DNA of 32,000 nt, from NCBI RefSeq assembly GCF_019464535.1, contig NZ_CP080507.1:2370001-2402000 (forward strand), given 5' to 3'. The translations under genes were made by a program, and so were the position numbers. Numbering within the stretch: position 1 is the stretch's first letter; each line of letters starts with the position of its first letter. This stretch comes from Horticoccus luteus (GTDB lineage: Bacteria > Verrucomicrobiota > Verrucomicrobiia > Opitutales > Opitutaceae). Positions 1 to 7,884 of the stretch are shown piece by piece. The notes under the pieces were generated by a model that saw nothing but the letters and a program-made list of their open reading frames with translations, searched no databases and was not told the DNA's origin.

Positions 1-2191
1 TGCCCTTTACCTCGTCGTAGCGCCATCCCAGGGTGGAAACGATGGCGCCATCCCACCAATAGCCCTGCCAGGTGCCGGCGTAAGAGGTCGTCTCGCGCAG
101 GGACTTCTGGGCGTTGGTCAGCAGCGTCGGATCCTGCCCGTTGTCATAGCGCCGCAGGTTCACCGGCACGTTGGAATTCCAGCCGATATAGTTAGCCGGA
201 TTCGATGCCTGGGTTGTCGCAGTTGCCGGGTCGAAAATCGGCAGAAGATTATTTGGCACGGTCCACGGATCGCTGTAATTGACGCCCGCCGGGTTGGTCC
301 AGGTCGACGCGAAGTGATAGACGTTCCCATTGGGCAACGTGACCGCGGACCCGACGTTCGGAATATTCGCTCCCGAGGCGGAACTGGCGCCTGCGAGTGA
401 GGGGCCGAGGTAGATGACACTCACCGGCGGGCGGCTCCCGCTGCCGGCGAAGGGGTAGCTGAGGCCGGTCGTGCGACTCCAGTAGGCATCCCAGTCACTG
501 CCGTAAGCATACATCTGCCAGGTACGGTTTTCCGTTTCATATTTCTCTTTGCTGTAAACGCCGTTGAAACGCTGCTTGTTGATCAACTTGGCCAGAAAAC
601 TCTCGCTGCTCAAAAAATCCCTGGCCCGCAATTCGCCGAAAACAGAACCCCGGACATACTCCCGGTCGCTCTCGTAGGAGGTCCCGCCGCCCGGACCGCC
701 CACCACATAAGGGCGACCAAAATTCGGATTGGCGGTGAGATCCTGAAAGTTCTGCAGCACGTCAATCGTGAGTGTGGGATCGGTGATGAGCGCTTGCCCG
801 CCTCGTTTGTATTTCTGCCGGTCATAACTCAACTCCACCCCCACCCGGTCATCCCATCCCGTCTGGGTGAGATCCAGATTATACGCGTTCCAGTTTTCGT
901 ATTCGGATTTCGTAGGGCCGTCCAATAGATTATTGTAGAAATCGAACACCGATGCGTCGGAGAGCGTTTTGGTTCGATATTGTCCGTATTGGGCGCCCGG
1001 CAGGCGGGCGTTCGACGCGTAGGATGAGAGACTCGTGAGCCGATAAAATTCGTCGGCATAGCGCTGGCCCACCAACAAATCGCCAATGCCCCGCACACTG
1101 CCGTCGGGATTGTGGGCCCCCGTGTTAACATAGCCGCCATAGATGCGTTGCAGTTGATTGTCGGCGCCGTCAATGAACCAGATCGGCTGCTGTTGATTGG
1201 CAACATTGGCGGTCAGCCACGGATTGAGGTTCTGCGGCGCGGACCCCACTCCATAGGCGTTCGGAATGGCCAGCTTGCCCAACCCGCCATCCAGGGAGGT
1301 GGTATCAACCGGGCGGAACCACGGCGTAATGCTGTCATTTGGCGGCACCGTCCGCGGACGATTTGCATCGATATCGCCGTGCTCATACTTGGCTTTGAAG
1401 CTCGTATGGAAGTCATTCCGCTTAAAGAGCTGCGGATCAAAGCGCAGGGCGCCGTAGTAGCGCTTGTCTTTTTGATAGGCCGGATCCTGCTGGTATTTTT
1501 CGTCGCTCCACAACCCGTCGAGGCGAATCGCGAGCGTCTTCGGCACGAGGACTTGATTGACGTCCAGCGAACCCCGCACGCTGCCATACGAACCGACCCG
1601 CGCCGTCACGCTCCCCATATCGTGAAACTCGGCATTGCGCGTGGTGGCATTGACGATGCCTGCCGGGCTCCCCAGCCCGAAGAGGATGGAATTGGGACCG
1701 CGTTGAATATCGATCCGGTCGACGTTATAGGAATCCCACGGGATATCGGTGACAAAAAAATCGCGGGTGTTATCCGCCGCGGCGAGGCCGCGGACGCGGT
1801 TGGTGCTGCCGGGATTGCGCAGCGAACTGCTCTCATCCACGCTGGTGGCGTTGCCCAGGCCCGCATACGTGCCCCGCGTGCCGGCGACTTCCGCGTTGGT
1901 TGTATATTGCAGGAGCGATGTGTTATCGATCGCGCCAATGTCGGCGAGAAACTCCTTCGTATAGACCGACAAACCGCCGCCGACATCTTTGAGGTCCGTG
2001 CGGATGCGGGTGCCCGCGAGTGTTTCGGTCGCTTGGTAGCCCTGATCTTTTTGCGAGCGAACTTCAAACGGTGAGAGCACCACCGTGTCCTTGCTGGTTT
2101 CATTGGGGTCAGGAGCGACGGTTTGCGCTCCAAGTTGCCCGGCTGCCGCGGTCGACAGGATCATCAGGCCAAGTCTGAACGGAGTTTTCAT
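1..2191 (-). CDS. TonB-dependent outer-membrane receptor; N-terminal ~730 codons, C-terminus lies beyond the left window edge
   Basis: This gene is absent from the ORF track because its frame stays open to the window edge. All listed minus-strand ORFs between 160 and 2133 are in a different frame. The reverse-strand ATG is at 2191 (cat at 2189-2191). Hand translation gives MKTPFRLGLMILSTAAAGQLGAQTVAPDPNETSKDTVVLSPFEVRSQKDQGYQATETLAGTRIRTDLKDVGGGLSVYTKEFLADIG...NRVRGLAAADNTRDFFVTDIPWDSYNVDRIDIQRGPNSILFGLGSPAGIVNATTRN. That shows a signal peptide, a TonB-box-like VVLSPFEV and plug-domain motifs, and I met no stop down to position 2. Confidence 0.8.
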   Translation of the reverse strand, partial: MKTPFRLGLMILSTAAAGQLGAQTVAPDPNETSKDTVVLSPFEVRSQKDQGYQATETLAGTRIRTDLKDVGGGLSVYTKEFLADIGAIDNTSLLQYTTNAEVAGTRGTYAGLGNATSVDESSSLRNPGSTNRVRGLAAADNTRDFFVTDIPWDSYNVDRIDIQRGPNSILFGLGSPAGIVNATTRNAEFHDMGSVTARVGSYGSVRGSLDVNQVLVPKTLAIRLDGLWSDEKYQQDPAYQKDKRYYGALRFDPQLFKRNDFHTSFKAKYEHGDIDANRPRTVPPNDSITPWFRPVDTTSLDGGLGKLAIPNAYGVGSAPQNLNPWLTANVANQQQPIWFIDGADNQLQRIYGGYVNTGAHNPDGSVRGIGDLLVGQRYADEFYRLTSLSSYASNARLPGAQYGQYRTKTLSDASVFDFYNNLLDGPTKSEYENWNAYNLDLTQTGWDDRVGVELSYDRQKYKRGGQALITDPTLTIDVLQNFQDLTANPNFGRPYVVGGPGGGTSYESDREYVRGSVFGELRARDFLSSESFLAKLINKQRFNGVYSKEKYETENRTWQMYAYGSDWDAYWSRTTGLSYPFAGSGSRPPVSVIYLGPSLAGASSASGANIPNVGSAVTLPNGNVYHFASTWTNPAGVNYSDPWTVPNNLLPIFDPATATTQASNPANYIGWNSNVPVNLRRYDNGQDPTLLTNAQKSLRETTSYAGTWQGYWWDGAIVSTLGWRYDEVKG

Positions 2192-2305
2192 ACCTTACGG
2201 CGTCTTTCTGCGTTATTGGGTCACACGGAAGACAGGGTCTCGCGTGCGGGGGTGAGTTGAAAGCAGACGCTGGGGAGCGCTGCGCGTCAAATGCACTACT
2301 GGGGC

Positions 2306-2317
2306 CGTCTATAGACG
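2306..2317. promoter_or_regulatory. Perfect 12-bp palindrome CGTCTATAGACG in a divergent intergenic region (candidate operator)
   Basis: Read directly from the sequence. It is an AT-rich core in otherwise GC-rich DNA, 115 nt upstream of the receptor ATG. It shares the GTCTA/TAGAC half-site with the neighbouring palindrome at 2332..2349. Confidence 0.3.
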
Positions 2318-2331
2318 CGCAAAGTCTTCAC

Positions 2332-2349
2332 GAGTCTAACACTAGACTC
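2332..2349. promoter_or_regulatory. Inverted repeat GAGTCTA-ACAC-TAGACTC (candidate operator or hairpin)
   Basis: Read directly from the sequence. It has 7-bp perfect arms and a 4-nt spacer, with the same GTCTA/TAGAC half-sites as 2306..2317. Confidence 0.3.
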
Positions 2350-2572
2350 ATCCGGATCATTTCACGACTATGGCGGCCGTGACCCGCCGCTTGCCTTGCG
2401 ACTGGGATGTCGATCACTCTCGTATCATGAACTCTCTGCCGCCAGTAAGCGCCTGCTCTCGCCCGCGAGCGAATTCCCTACTCTGGTTTGTCCAGCGGTG
2501 CCCTGCGCCTAACGGTCAATCCGCGGAGCTTTTCCCCAATCCCGTCGATTGTGCCGTCAGTCGCGTCTGCTT

Positions 2573-3586
2573 ATGACGTGGGACGAAATCAACTGGCCCG
2601 TGCTGGAGCGATTGCGAGAAGGCTTCCTTCATGGCGGCGCGGCGGCGGGCGTTTACTGGAAATCCGCCGAAGATCTCGCCAATTACGATTTCACCTACGG
2701 AGAAAGGATTGGGTGGAAGTGGGACGCAGTGCTGCGCGAACTGGAGCTCCGCCACTGGCAACCGGCCCCCGGCGCGTCTGTTTTTGACTGGGGCTGTGGC
2801 AGTGGCATTGCGGCGCGCCGCGTGATCGCGCACTTTGGCGCGGAAACGTTTTCCGGCCTCACTGTCTGGGACCACTCGACGATCGCCGTGGATTTCGCGT
2901 CATCCGTCGCCCGCAATCAATTCCCCTCGCTGCAGGTTGCCCCGGCAACTCCGCGCGATTTCACGGACGCCTCACCCATTGGGTTGCTTGTGATCAGTCA
3001 CGTGCTCAATGAACTCTCGCCGGCGGCGCTGGCCGACTTGGAGCGGGTGGTCGCGCGGGCCGAGTCGGTGTTGTGGGTTGAGCCCGGCACCAGCGTGGTC
3101 AGCCGCCAGCTCGGTGCCATTCGCGACCGACTCATAAACGCGTTCCACGTCATCGCGCCGTGCACGCATGCGTTACCCTGCCCTGCGTTGGCGCCCGAGA
3201 ACGAACGGCATTGGTGCCACTTTTTCGCGCCGCCCCCGGCCGGAATTTTCGCCGATTCGAATTGGGTCAAATTCGGCCAGCGCGCCGGCATCGACCTGCG
3301 CAGTCTGCCCTACGCTTTTTTGGCGCTCGACCGGCGGCCGCGAGAGACGCTGGCCGACGGTTGGTCGCGCATCATCGGCCGGCCCGAACACTTCAAGCCT
3401 TACGCGCGCTTCCTCAACTGCGATGCGACCGGTCTCGCGGAACTCACGCTGCCCAAGCGCGCCGCACCCGCACTCTTCAAGGAACTTGAACGCACGCGCG
3501 CACCCTTGGTCTATCGCTGGACGCGCGCCGCAGCACAGGTCGTCGGCGGCGAATCGCTCGCGCAGATAAATTCGCCGGCGGAATGA
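2573..3586 (+). CDS. SAM-dependent methyltransferase, Rsm22-like family
   Basis: Track ORF 2549..3586, whose first codon is TTG; I prefer the ATG at 2573 (MTWDEINW...). It has SAM motif I (VFDWGCGSGIAARR). Its C-terminal Cys/His cluster (APCTHALPCP...ERHWCHFF) is typical of Rsm22-type methyltransferases. Confidence 0.65.
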   Translation: MTWDEINWPVLERLREGFLHGGAAAGVYWKSAEDLANYDFTYGERIGWKWDAVLRELELRHWQPAPGASVFDWGCGSGIAARRVIAHFGAETFSGLTVWDHSTIAVDFASSVARNQFPSLQVAPATPRDFTDASPIGLLVISHVLNELSPAALADLERVVARAESVLWVEPGTSVVSRQLGAIRDRLINAFHVIAPCTHALPCPALAPENERHWCHFFAPPPAGIFADSNWVKFGQRAGIDLRSLPYAFLALDRRPRETLADGWSRIIGRPEHFKPYARFLNCDATGLAELTLPKRAAPALFKELERTRAPLVYRWTRAAAQVVGGESLAQINSPAE

Positions 3587-3619
3587 CTTTGTCTGGCCCC
3601 GCCGCGGAATCGCCTCTTT

Positions 3620-5494
3620 GTGTCCGCCATGCGTTTCTGTTTCGCGCGCTTCGCGCCCATCCTTTTCGTGCTCCTGGTTCCGACCCTTCGCGCCGTCGAC
3701 CTCACGGCGGTGCATTATGTCGTGAGTTTTCCCGAAGCCGCGAACCACTACGTCGAGGTGGAGGCGACCATTCCGACGGACGGTCAGGCCACGCCGGAAG
3801 TTTTCATGCCCGTCTGGACGCCCGGCTCCTATCTGGTGCGCGAATACGCGCGGAACATCGATCGCGTCAGCGCGGAAGACGTTTCGGGTGCCCGCCTGCC
3901 GATCGAAAAGGTCAGCAAAAACCGTTGGCGCATCGCGGCCGGGTCGCGGGACACCGTCCGCCTGCGCTATCGCGTTTACGCTCGCGAAATCAATGTGCGT
4001 GGCAATTGGGTCGAGCCCGGTTTCGCCTTACTCAATGGCGCGCCCACCTTTCTGGCCCCCGCGCACGAACCACAGAGATCTTACGAGGTGAGTTTTGTGC
4101 TGCCTGCGGGATGGCAGACCGTGCAAACTCCTCTCGCTCCCACGGAAAATCCCACCCGTTTCACGGCTCCCGATTTTGATACGCTGATCGACAGCCCCAT
4201 GGTCGCTGGCTCGCCGGAAGTGACCCGCTTCGACGTCAGCGGAGTTCCTTTCTACCTCGTCACGGTCGCAGGCGACGGCGTTTGGGCCAACGACCGGGTC
4301 ATCCCCTCGCTTAAGCGCATGGTCGAGGCACAACGCGATTTCTGGGGCTCACTCGCTTCACCGAAACCCTATTATTTCTTCAACGTCCTTTCCGGCCAGC
4401 GCGGTGGACTGGAACACAAAAACAGCGCCACATTGATGGCCGAACGCTGGCTTTCCCGGACCCCAGGCGGTGTCGATTCGTGGCTCTCCCTCGCCAGTCA
4501 CGAGTTTTTCCACGCTTGGAATGGCAAGCGCCTGCGTCCCGCCGCGCTCGGGCCGTTTGACTACGAGCATGAAGTCTACACGCCGTCGCTATGGGTCGTC
4601 GAGGGCATCACGAGCTACTACCAACATCTGCTCCTCCAACGCGCGGGCGTCACTTCCCCCGAAACCGTGGTGTCGGCCCTCGGCAATTTGCTCGCCGCCT
4701 ACGAATCTTCTCCCGGGCGCCGCCTCCAATCGCTTGGCGAATCGTCGTTCGACGCGTGGATCAAAGCCTATCGGCCTGACGAAAACTCCACCAACACCAC
4801 GATCAGCTACTACAGCGTCGGCGCGCTCGCCGGCTTTCTGCTCGATGCTCAAATCCGCGCCGTCAGTCACGGCCAGCACTCACTCGACGACGCCATGCGC
4901 CTCGCGTATCAACGCTACAGCGGACCCCGCGGTTACACCGAAAAGGAATTCATCGCCGTCCTCAGCGAAGTCGCCGGCGCGGACCTCTCGTCGTGGTTCG
5001 AACGCACCATCAACCAACCCGGTGAGTTCGACATCACCACTGCGCTCGATTGGTTCGGCCTCACCCTCAAGCCCGCGCCCGCCCCCGCACCCAATGCCCC
5101 GCCGCCGAGTGGCTGGCTCGGTGCCGACACCAAAGACGACGGCGGCCGCCTGATCGTCACCCGCGTCAAGAGCGACACTCCCGCCTACGCCGCCGGATTG
5201 ACGCCCGACGATGAGATTCTTGCGATCGACAACTATCGCGTGAGCGCCGGTCAACTTTCCGCGCGCCTCAACGTGTATCAGGCCGGCGCGAAGATCACGT
5301 TGCTGATCGCCCGCCTCGACGAACTCCATCGCCTCAACGTCGTCCTCGGCGTGGAACCCGTTCCCCCGAAGCTCATGATTCGCGCCGACAGCACGCCCGT
5401 CCAGAAAGCCCACCGCGAAGCGTGGCTTTCTCCCTCCGCAAGCCCCGCTGGCGCTCCCCAGCAAACCGTGAATCCACCTGCGACCGACTCTTGA
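3620..5494 (+). CDS. M61 family (glycyl) aminopeptidase with C-terminal PDZ domain, secreted
   Basis: A 624-aa ORF starting at GTG 3620, with an alternative ATG at 3629. The signal peptide reads MRFCFARFAPILFVLLVPTLRA. It has the zinc motif SHEFFHAWNGKRLRP, a Pro/Ala linker (PAPAPAPNAPPP) and then a PDZ-like segment (GGRLIVTRVKSDTPAYAAGLTPDDEILAIDNYRV). Confidence 0.85.
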   Translation: MSAMRFCFARFAPILFVLLVPTLRAVDLTAVHYVVSFPEAANHYVEVEATIPTDGQATPEVFMPVWTPGSYLVREYARNIDRVSAEDVSGARLPIEKVSKNRWRIAAGSRDTVRLRYRVYAREINVRGNWVEPGFALLNGAPTFLAPAHEPQRSYEVSFVLPAGWQTVQTPLAPTENPTRFTAPDFDTLIDSPMVAGSPEVTRFDVSGVPFYLVTVAGDGVWANDRVIPSLKRMVEAQRDFWGSLASPKPYYFFNVLSGQRGGLEHKNSATLMAERWLSRTPGGVDSWLSLASHEFFHAWNGKRLRPAALGPFDYEHEVYTPSLWVVEGITSYYQHLLLQRAGVTSPETVVSALGNLLAAYESSPGRRLQSLGESSFDAWIKAYRPDENSTNTTISYYSVGALAGFLLDAQIRAVSHGQHSLDDAMRLAYQRYSGPRGYTEKEFIAVLSEVAGADLSSWFERTINQPGEFDITTALDWFGLTLKPAPAPAPNAPPPSGWLGADTKDDGGRLIVTRVKSDTPAYAAGLTPDDEILAIDNYRVSAGQLSARLNVYQAGAKITLLIARLDELHRLNVVLGVEPVPPKLMIRADSTPVQKAHREAWLSPSASPAGAPQQTVNPPATDS

Positions 5495-5541
5495 CTCCCG
5501 CCGCCGCACCCGAATGATTCACCCCTTTCACGAATCACACC

Positions 5542-5640
5542 ATGGGCCAACAACTGAACAAGCACATCAAACGCAAACGCCGCGCCGCTTACCTGAAGCG
5601 CAAAAAGGCCCGTCTTAAGACCGCCGCCGCCAAGAAGTAA
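5542..5640 (+). CDS. Small (32 aa) highly basic protein of unknown function, not in the ORF track
   Basis: The ORF runs from ATG 5542 to TAA 5638-5640 and encodes MGQQLNKHIKRKRRAAYLKRKKARLKTAAAKK (14 of 32 residues are K/R). About three quarters of its codons end in G/C, like neighbouring genes. A perfect intrinsic terminator follows 26 nt later. There is no homology evidence, so the coding status is an inference. Confidence 0.5.
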   Translation: MGQQLNKHIKRKRRAAYLKRKKARLKTAAAKK

Positions 5641-5665
5641 CGCCGGCCGCCTCCGCCTCCCTTTC

Positions 5666-5693
5666 AACCGCGGTCTCGCACCGCGGTTTTTTT
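5666..5693 (+). terminator. Rho-independent terminator
   Basis: AACCGCGGT (5666-5674), loop CTCGC, ACCGCGGTT (5680-5688). This gives a 9-bp perfect stem running into a run of 7 T (5687-5693), directly after the small ORF. Confidence 0.75.
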
Positions 5694-5774
5694 GTTGGCC
5701 CTGTTCGCGCCAAATCCGAATCCGCCTTTCCTGCTGTTATTGCGCCGCCCTGCGCGCGCCGCCGCTCATCGTCC

Positions 5775-7190
5775 ATGATTAAAGTCAGTCTCATTTCTCT
5801 CGGTTGCGCCAAGAATCTCGTCGATAGCGAAATCATGGTCGGGCACCTCCATCAGGCCGGCATGACCGTGATTCCCGAAGCCGAAAAAGCCGACGTCGTC
5901 ATCGTCAACACCTGCTCCTTCATCGACTCGTCGAAGGAAGAATCGATCGGGCACATCCTCGAGGTCCACCAAAACCGCGGGCTGCGCAAGCGCCGCAAAG
6001 AGCAAAAGCTGATCGTCGCCGGCTGCATGTCGCAGCGCTTCTCCAAAGATCTCGGCACCTCTCTGCACGATGAAGTCGACGCCTTCATCGGGCTCGATCA
6101 AGTCACCCAAGTGGCGCCGATCATCGAGGGGCTTTACGCCAAGGAACGCGGCCCGAAGGATGCGCCGGAAAATTTCATCACCGGCCGCTCCACCTACATC
6201 CCGGACTACGACACGCCGCGCTTCCGCCTCACTCCGCGGCACACCGCTTACATCAAGATCGCGGAAGGCTGCAATCACCCGTGCACATTCTGCATCATCC
6301 CGCAGATCCGCGGCCGGCACCGCAGTCGCACTGTCGCGAGCGTCGTCGCCGAAGCCCGCCGGCTCGTCGCCGAAGGCGTCCGCGAAATCAACCTCATTTC
6401 CCAAGACACCACGTTCTTCGGGATGGACACTTGGACGGAGCGCCCGAATCCCCGCACGCCGGTCGATTCCTCGCGCGGCACCGCGCTCACGACGCTGTTG
6501 CGCGAACTCAACGCCATCGAGGGCGATTTCTGGATTCGTCTCCTCTACACGCATCCCGCGCACTGGAGCGACGAACTCATTCGCACCATCGCTGAGTGCC
6601 CGAAAGTCGCCCGCTACATCGACATTCCCCTTCAACACATCAGCGACCACATGCTCGGACTGATGCAACGCGAGACCAGCGGCGACTACATCCGCAATCT
6701 CCTCGGCCGCATCCGCGCCGGCATCCCCGGCATCGCGGTTCGCACCACGTTTATCGTCGGCTTTCCCGGTGAAACCGAAGCCGACGTCGATGAACTCTGC
6801 CAGTTCATCCGCGAAACGCGTTTCGAACGCCTCGGCGTCTTTCGCTACTCGCAGGAAGAAGGCACGCGCGCGGCCAAGATGGAGGAGCAGGTTCCCAAGA
6901 AGACCAAGGAGGCGCGCTGGCACCGCACGATGGCGTTGCAGCGCGAAATCGCCGCCGAAGTCAGCCATCGCCAGGTCGGTCACACCTTGAAGGTTTTGGT
7001 GGAGGAGCCGGGTGTCGCCCGCGGTGAAGCGGATGCGCCCGATATCGACGGCCGCGTTTACGTGCCGCGCGAACTCCCCGTCGGCGAATTCGCCGAGGTC
7101 ACCATCACCGGGTTTCAAGACTACGATCTGCTTGCGCTCCCTGCCGGCGAGCAGCCCGCGGAGTTCAAGGTCGCTAAACAGGCGCAGTAA
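5775..7190 (+). CDS. rimO: Ribosomal protein S12 methylthiotransferase RimO (radical SAM, MiaB family)
   Basis: A 471-aa ORF. It has the N-terminal UPF0004 Cys pattern (SLGCAKN...VNTCSFI...AGCM), the radical-SAM motif EGCNHPCTFCIIP and a C-terminal TRAM-like domain (TLKVLVEEP...GRVYVP...VTITG). Confidence 0.92.
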   Translation: MIKVSLISLGCAKNLVDSEIMVGHLHQAGMTVIPEAEKADVVIVNTCSFIDSSKEESIGHILEVHQNRGLRKRRKEQKLIVAGCMSQRFSKDLGTSLHDEVDAFIGLDQVTQVAPIIEGLYAKERGPKDAPENFITGRSTYIPDYDTPRFRLTPRHTAYIKIAEGCNHPCTFCIIPQIRGRHRSRTVASVVAEARRLVAEGVREINLISQDTTFFGMDTWTERPNPRTPVDSSRGTALTTLLRELNAIEGDFWIRLLYTHPAHWSDELIRTIAECPKVARYIDIPLQHISDHMLGLMQRETSGDYIRNLLGRIRAGIPGIAVRTTFIVGFPGETEADVDELCQFIRETRFERLGVFRYSQEEGTRAAKMEEQVPKKTKEARWHRTMALQREIAAEVSHRQVGHTLKVLVEEPGVARGEADAPDIDGRVYVPRELPVGEFAEVTITGFQDYDLLALPAGEQPAEFKVAKQAQ

Positions 7191-7248
7191 TCCCTCGCCT
7201 TGCCGGACCTTGCACTCGCGCCGCCCCGTGTTTCATCAACGGGTTGAA

Positions 7249-7884
7249 ATGCGCTGCTCCGTCCTCGTTCGCTGGCTCTGGCTTCTCGCGCTGATCGTGG
7301 CCGGCGGTTGCAGGCCGGATCCGCCGGATCAGCTTGCGTGGCAGATTTCGGCGGAAACGCCGAACGACTACTATCAATGGTGCGAGGTCCATGAGGCACG
7401 CATGTCGCCTGCGGTGCACATCGATTTTGTCGTCGCCCTGCGCAGTCTGGCCGCCGTCTCCCGCCGGTTTGGCGGCGCGCTCGATCTGCGGGAAACCAAC
7501 AATCCCTTCTGCCAACGCATCAACGCGCTCACGGTGCGCGAAGTCATTCTCGACGGACTGACCGCTTACCGCGATCAAGTGGCCGCGCGGCTTTCGCGAG
7601 TCCAGGCGGCCCAACTCCGCAACATCGAGCACGAGCCCGCCGGCGGCGATCCGGCGTTGATGGCAGCCTACGCTCAGGCGCGCACCGACTCCGAGCAGAC
7701 AGTCGCCCGACTTCGCGCGCACATCGCCAAGGTCGAGGAACGCCTGCACTGCTATGAAAACGGTGGTGACCCTGAGTCCTCGCCCTCGCCCTTCGACGCC
7801 AGCGAATCCGATCAATCCACTTCTGCCGCCGCGGAAACAGCGGACAACGCCTCAGCCGCCGGCTCGCCCTCCGCTCATGACTGA
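7249..7884 (+). CDS. Hypothetical lipoprotein
   Basis: This is the first ATG after the rimO stop within track ORF 7012..7884. The N-terminus MRCSVLVRWLWLLALIVAGGC looks like a signal peptide plus lipobox Cys. The tail is acidic and Ser-rich. I recognised no domain. Confidence 0.55.
   Translation: MRCSVLVRWLWLLALIVAGGCRPDPPDQLAWQISAETPNDYYQWCEVHEARMSPAVHIDFVVALRSLAAVSRRFGGALDLRETNNPFCQRINALTVREVILDGLTAYRDQVAARLSRVQAAQLRNIEHEPAGGDPALMAAYAQARTDSEQTVARLRAHIAKVEERLHCYENGGDPESSPSPFDASESDQSTSAAAETADNASAAGSPSAHD

Noticed and set aside
1112-2133. Track ORFs 1112..2074(+), 1606..2133(-) and several shorter ones in the first 2.2 kb
   Set aside because: All are in frames other than the TonB-dependent receptor frame, which is open from 2191 to the window edge and has clear plug-domain motifs. 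ORF 1606..2133(-) starts at a TTG that is +1 out of frame relative to the real gene.
2192-2400. Possible riboswitch (cobalamin, TPP or similar) in the long leader of the TonB-dependent receptor
   Set aside because: I could not find a B12 box, the TPP CUGAGA/ACCUGA elements or any other riboswitch core that I recognise on either strand. Only simple palindromes are present. An Infernal/Rfam scan would be decisive.
2370-2576. A 68-aa ORF inside the receptor/methyltransferase intergenic region
   Set aside because: It shows no conserved features, its codon bias is poor compared with neighbours, and it overlaps the methyltransferase start. I treat the region as regulatory DNA instead.
5050-5110. 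Short Pro-Ala repeat DNA (CCCGCGCCCGCCCCCGCACCC...)
   Set aside because: It encodes the PAPAPAPNAPPP interdomain linker between the M61 catalytic domain and the PDZ domain. It is an ordinary low-complexity linker rather than an independent repeat element.
5766-7118. A 450-aa minus-strand ORF covering almost all of rimO
   Set aside because: It lies antisense to a gene with unmistakable radical-SAM and TRAM motifs. The product is Arg/Ala/Gly/Asp-rich with no recognisable domain. Long antisense open frames are expected in GC3-rich genes because stop codons are rare.
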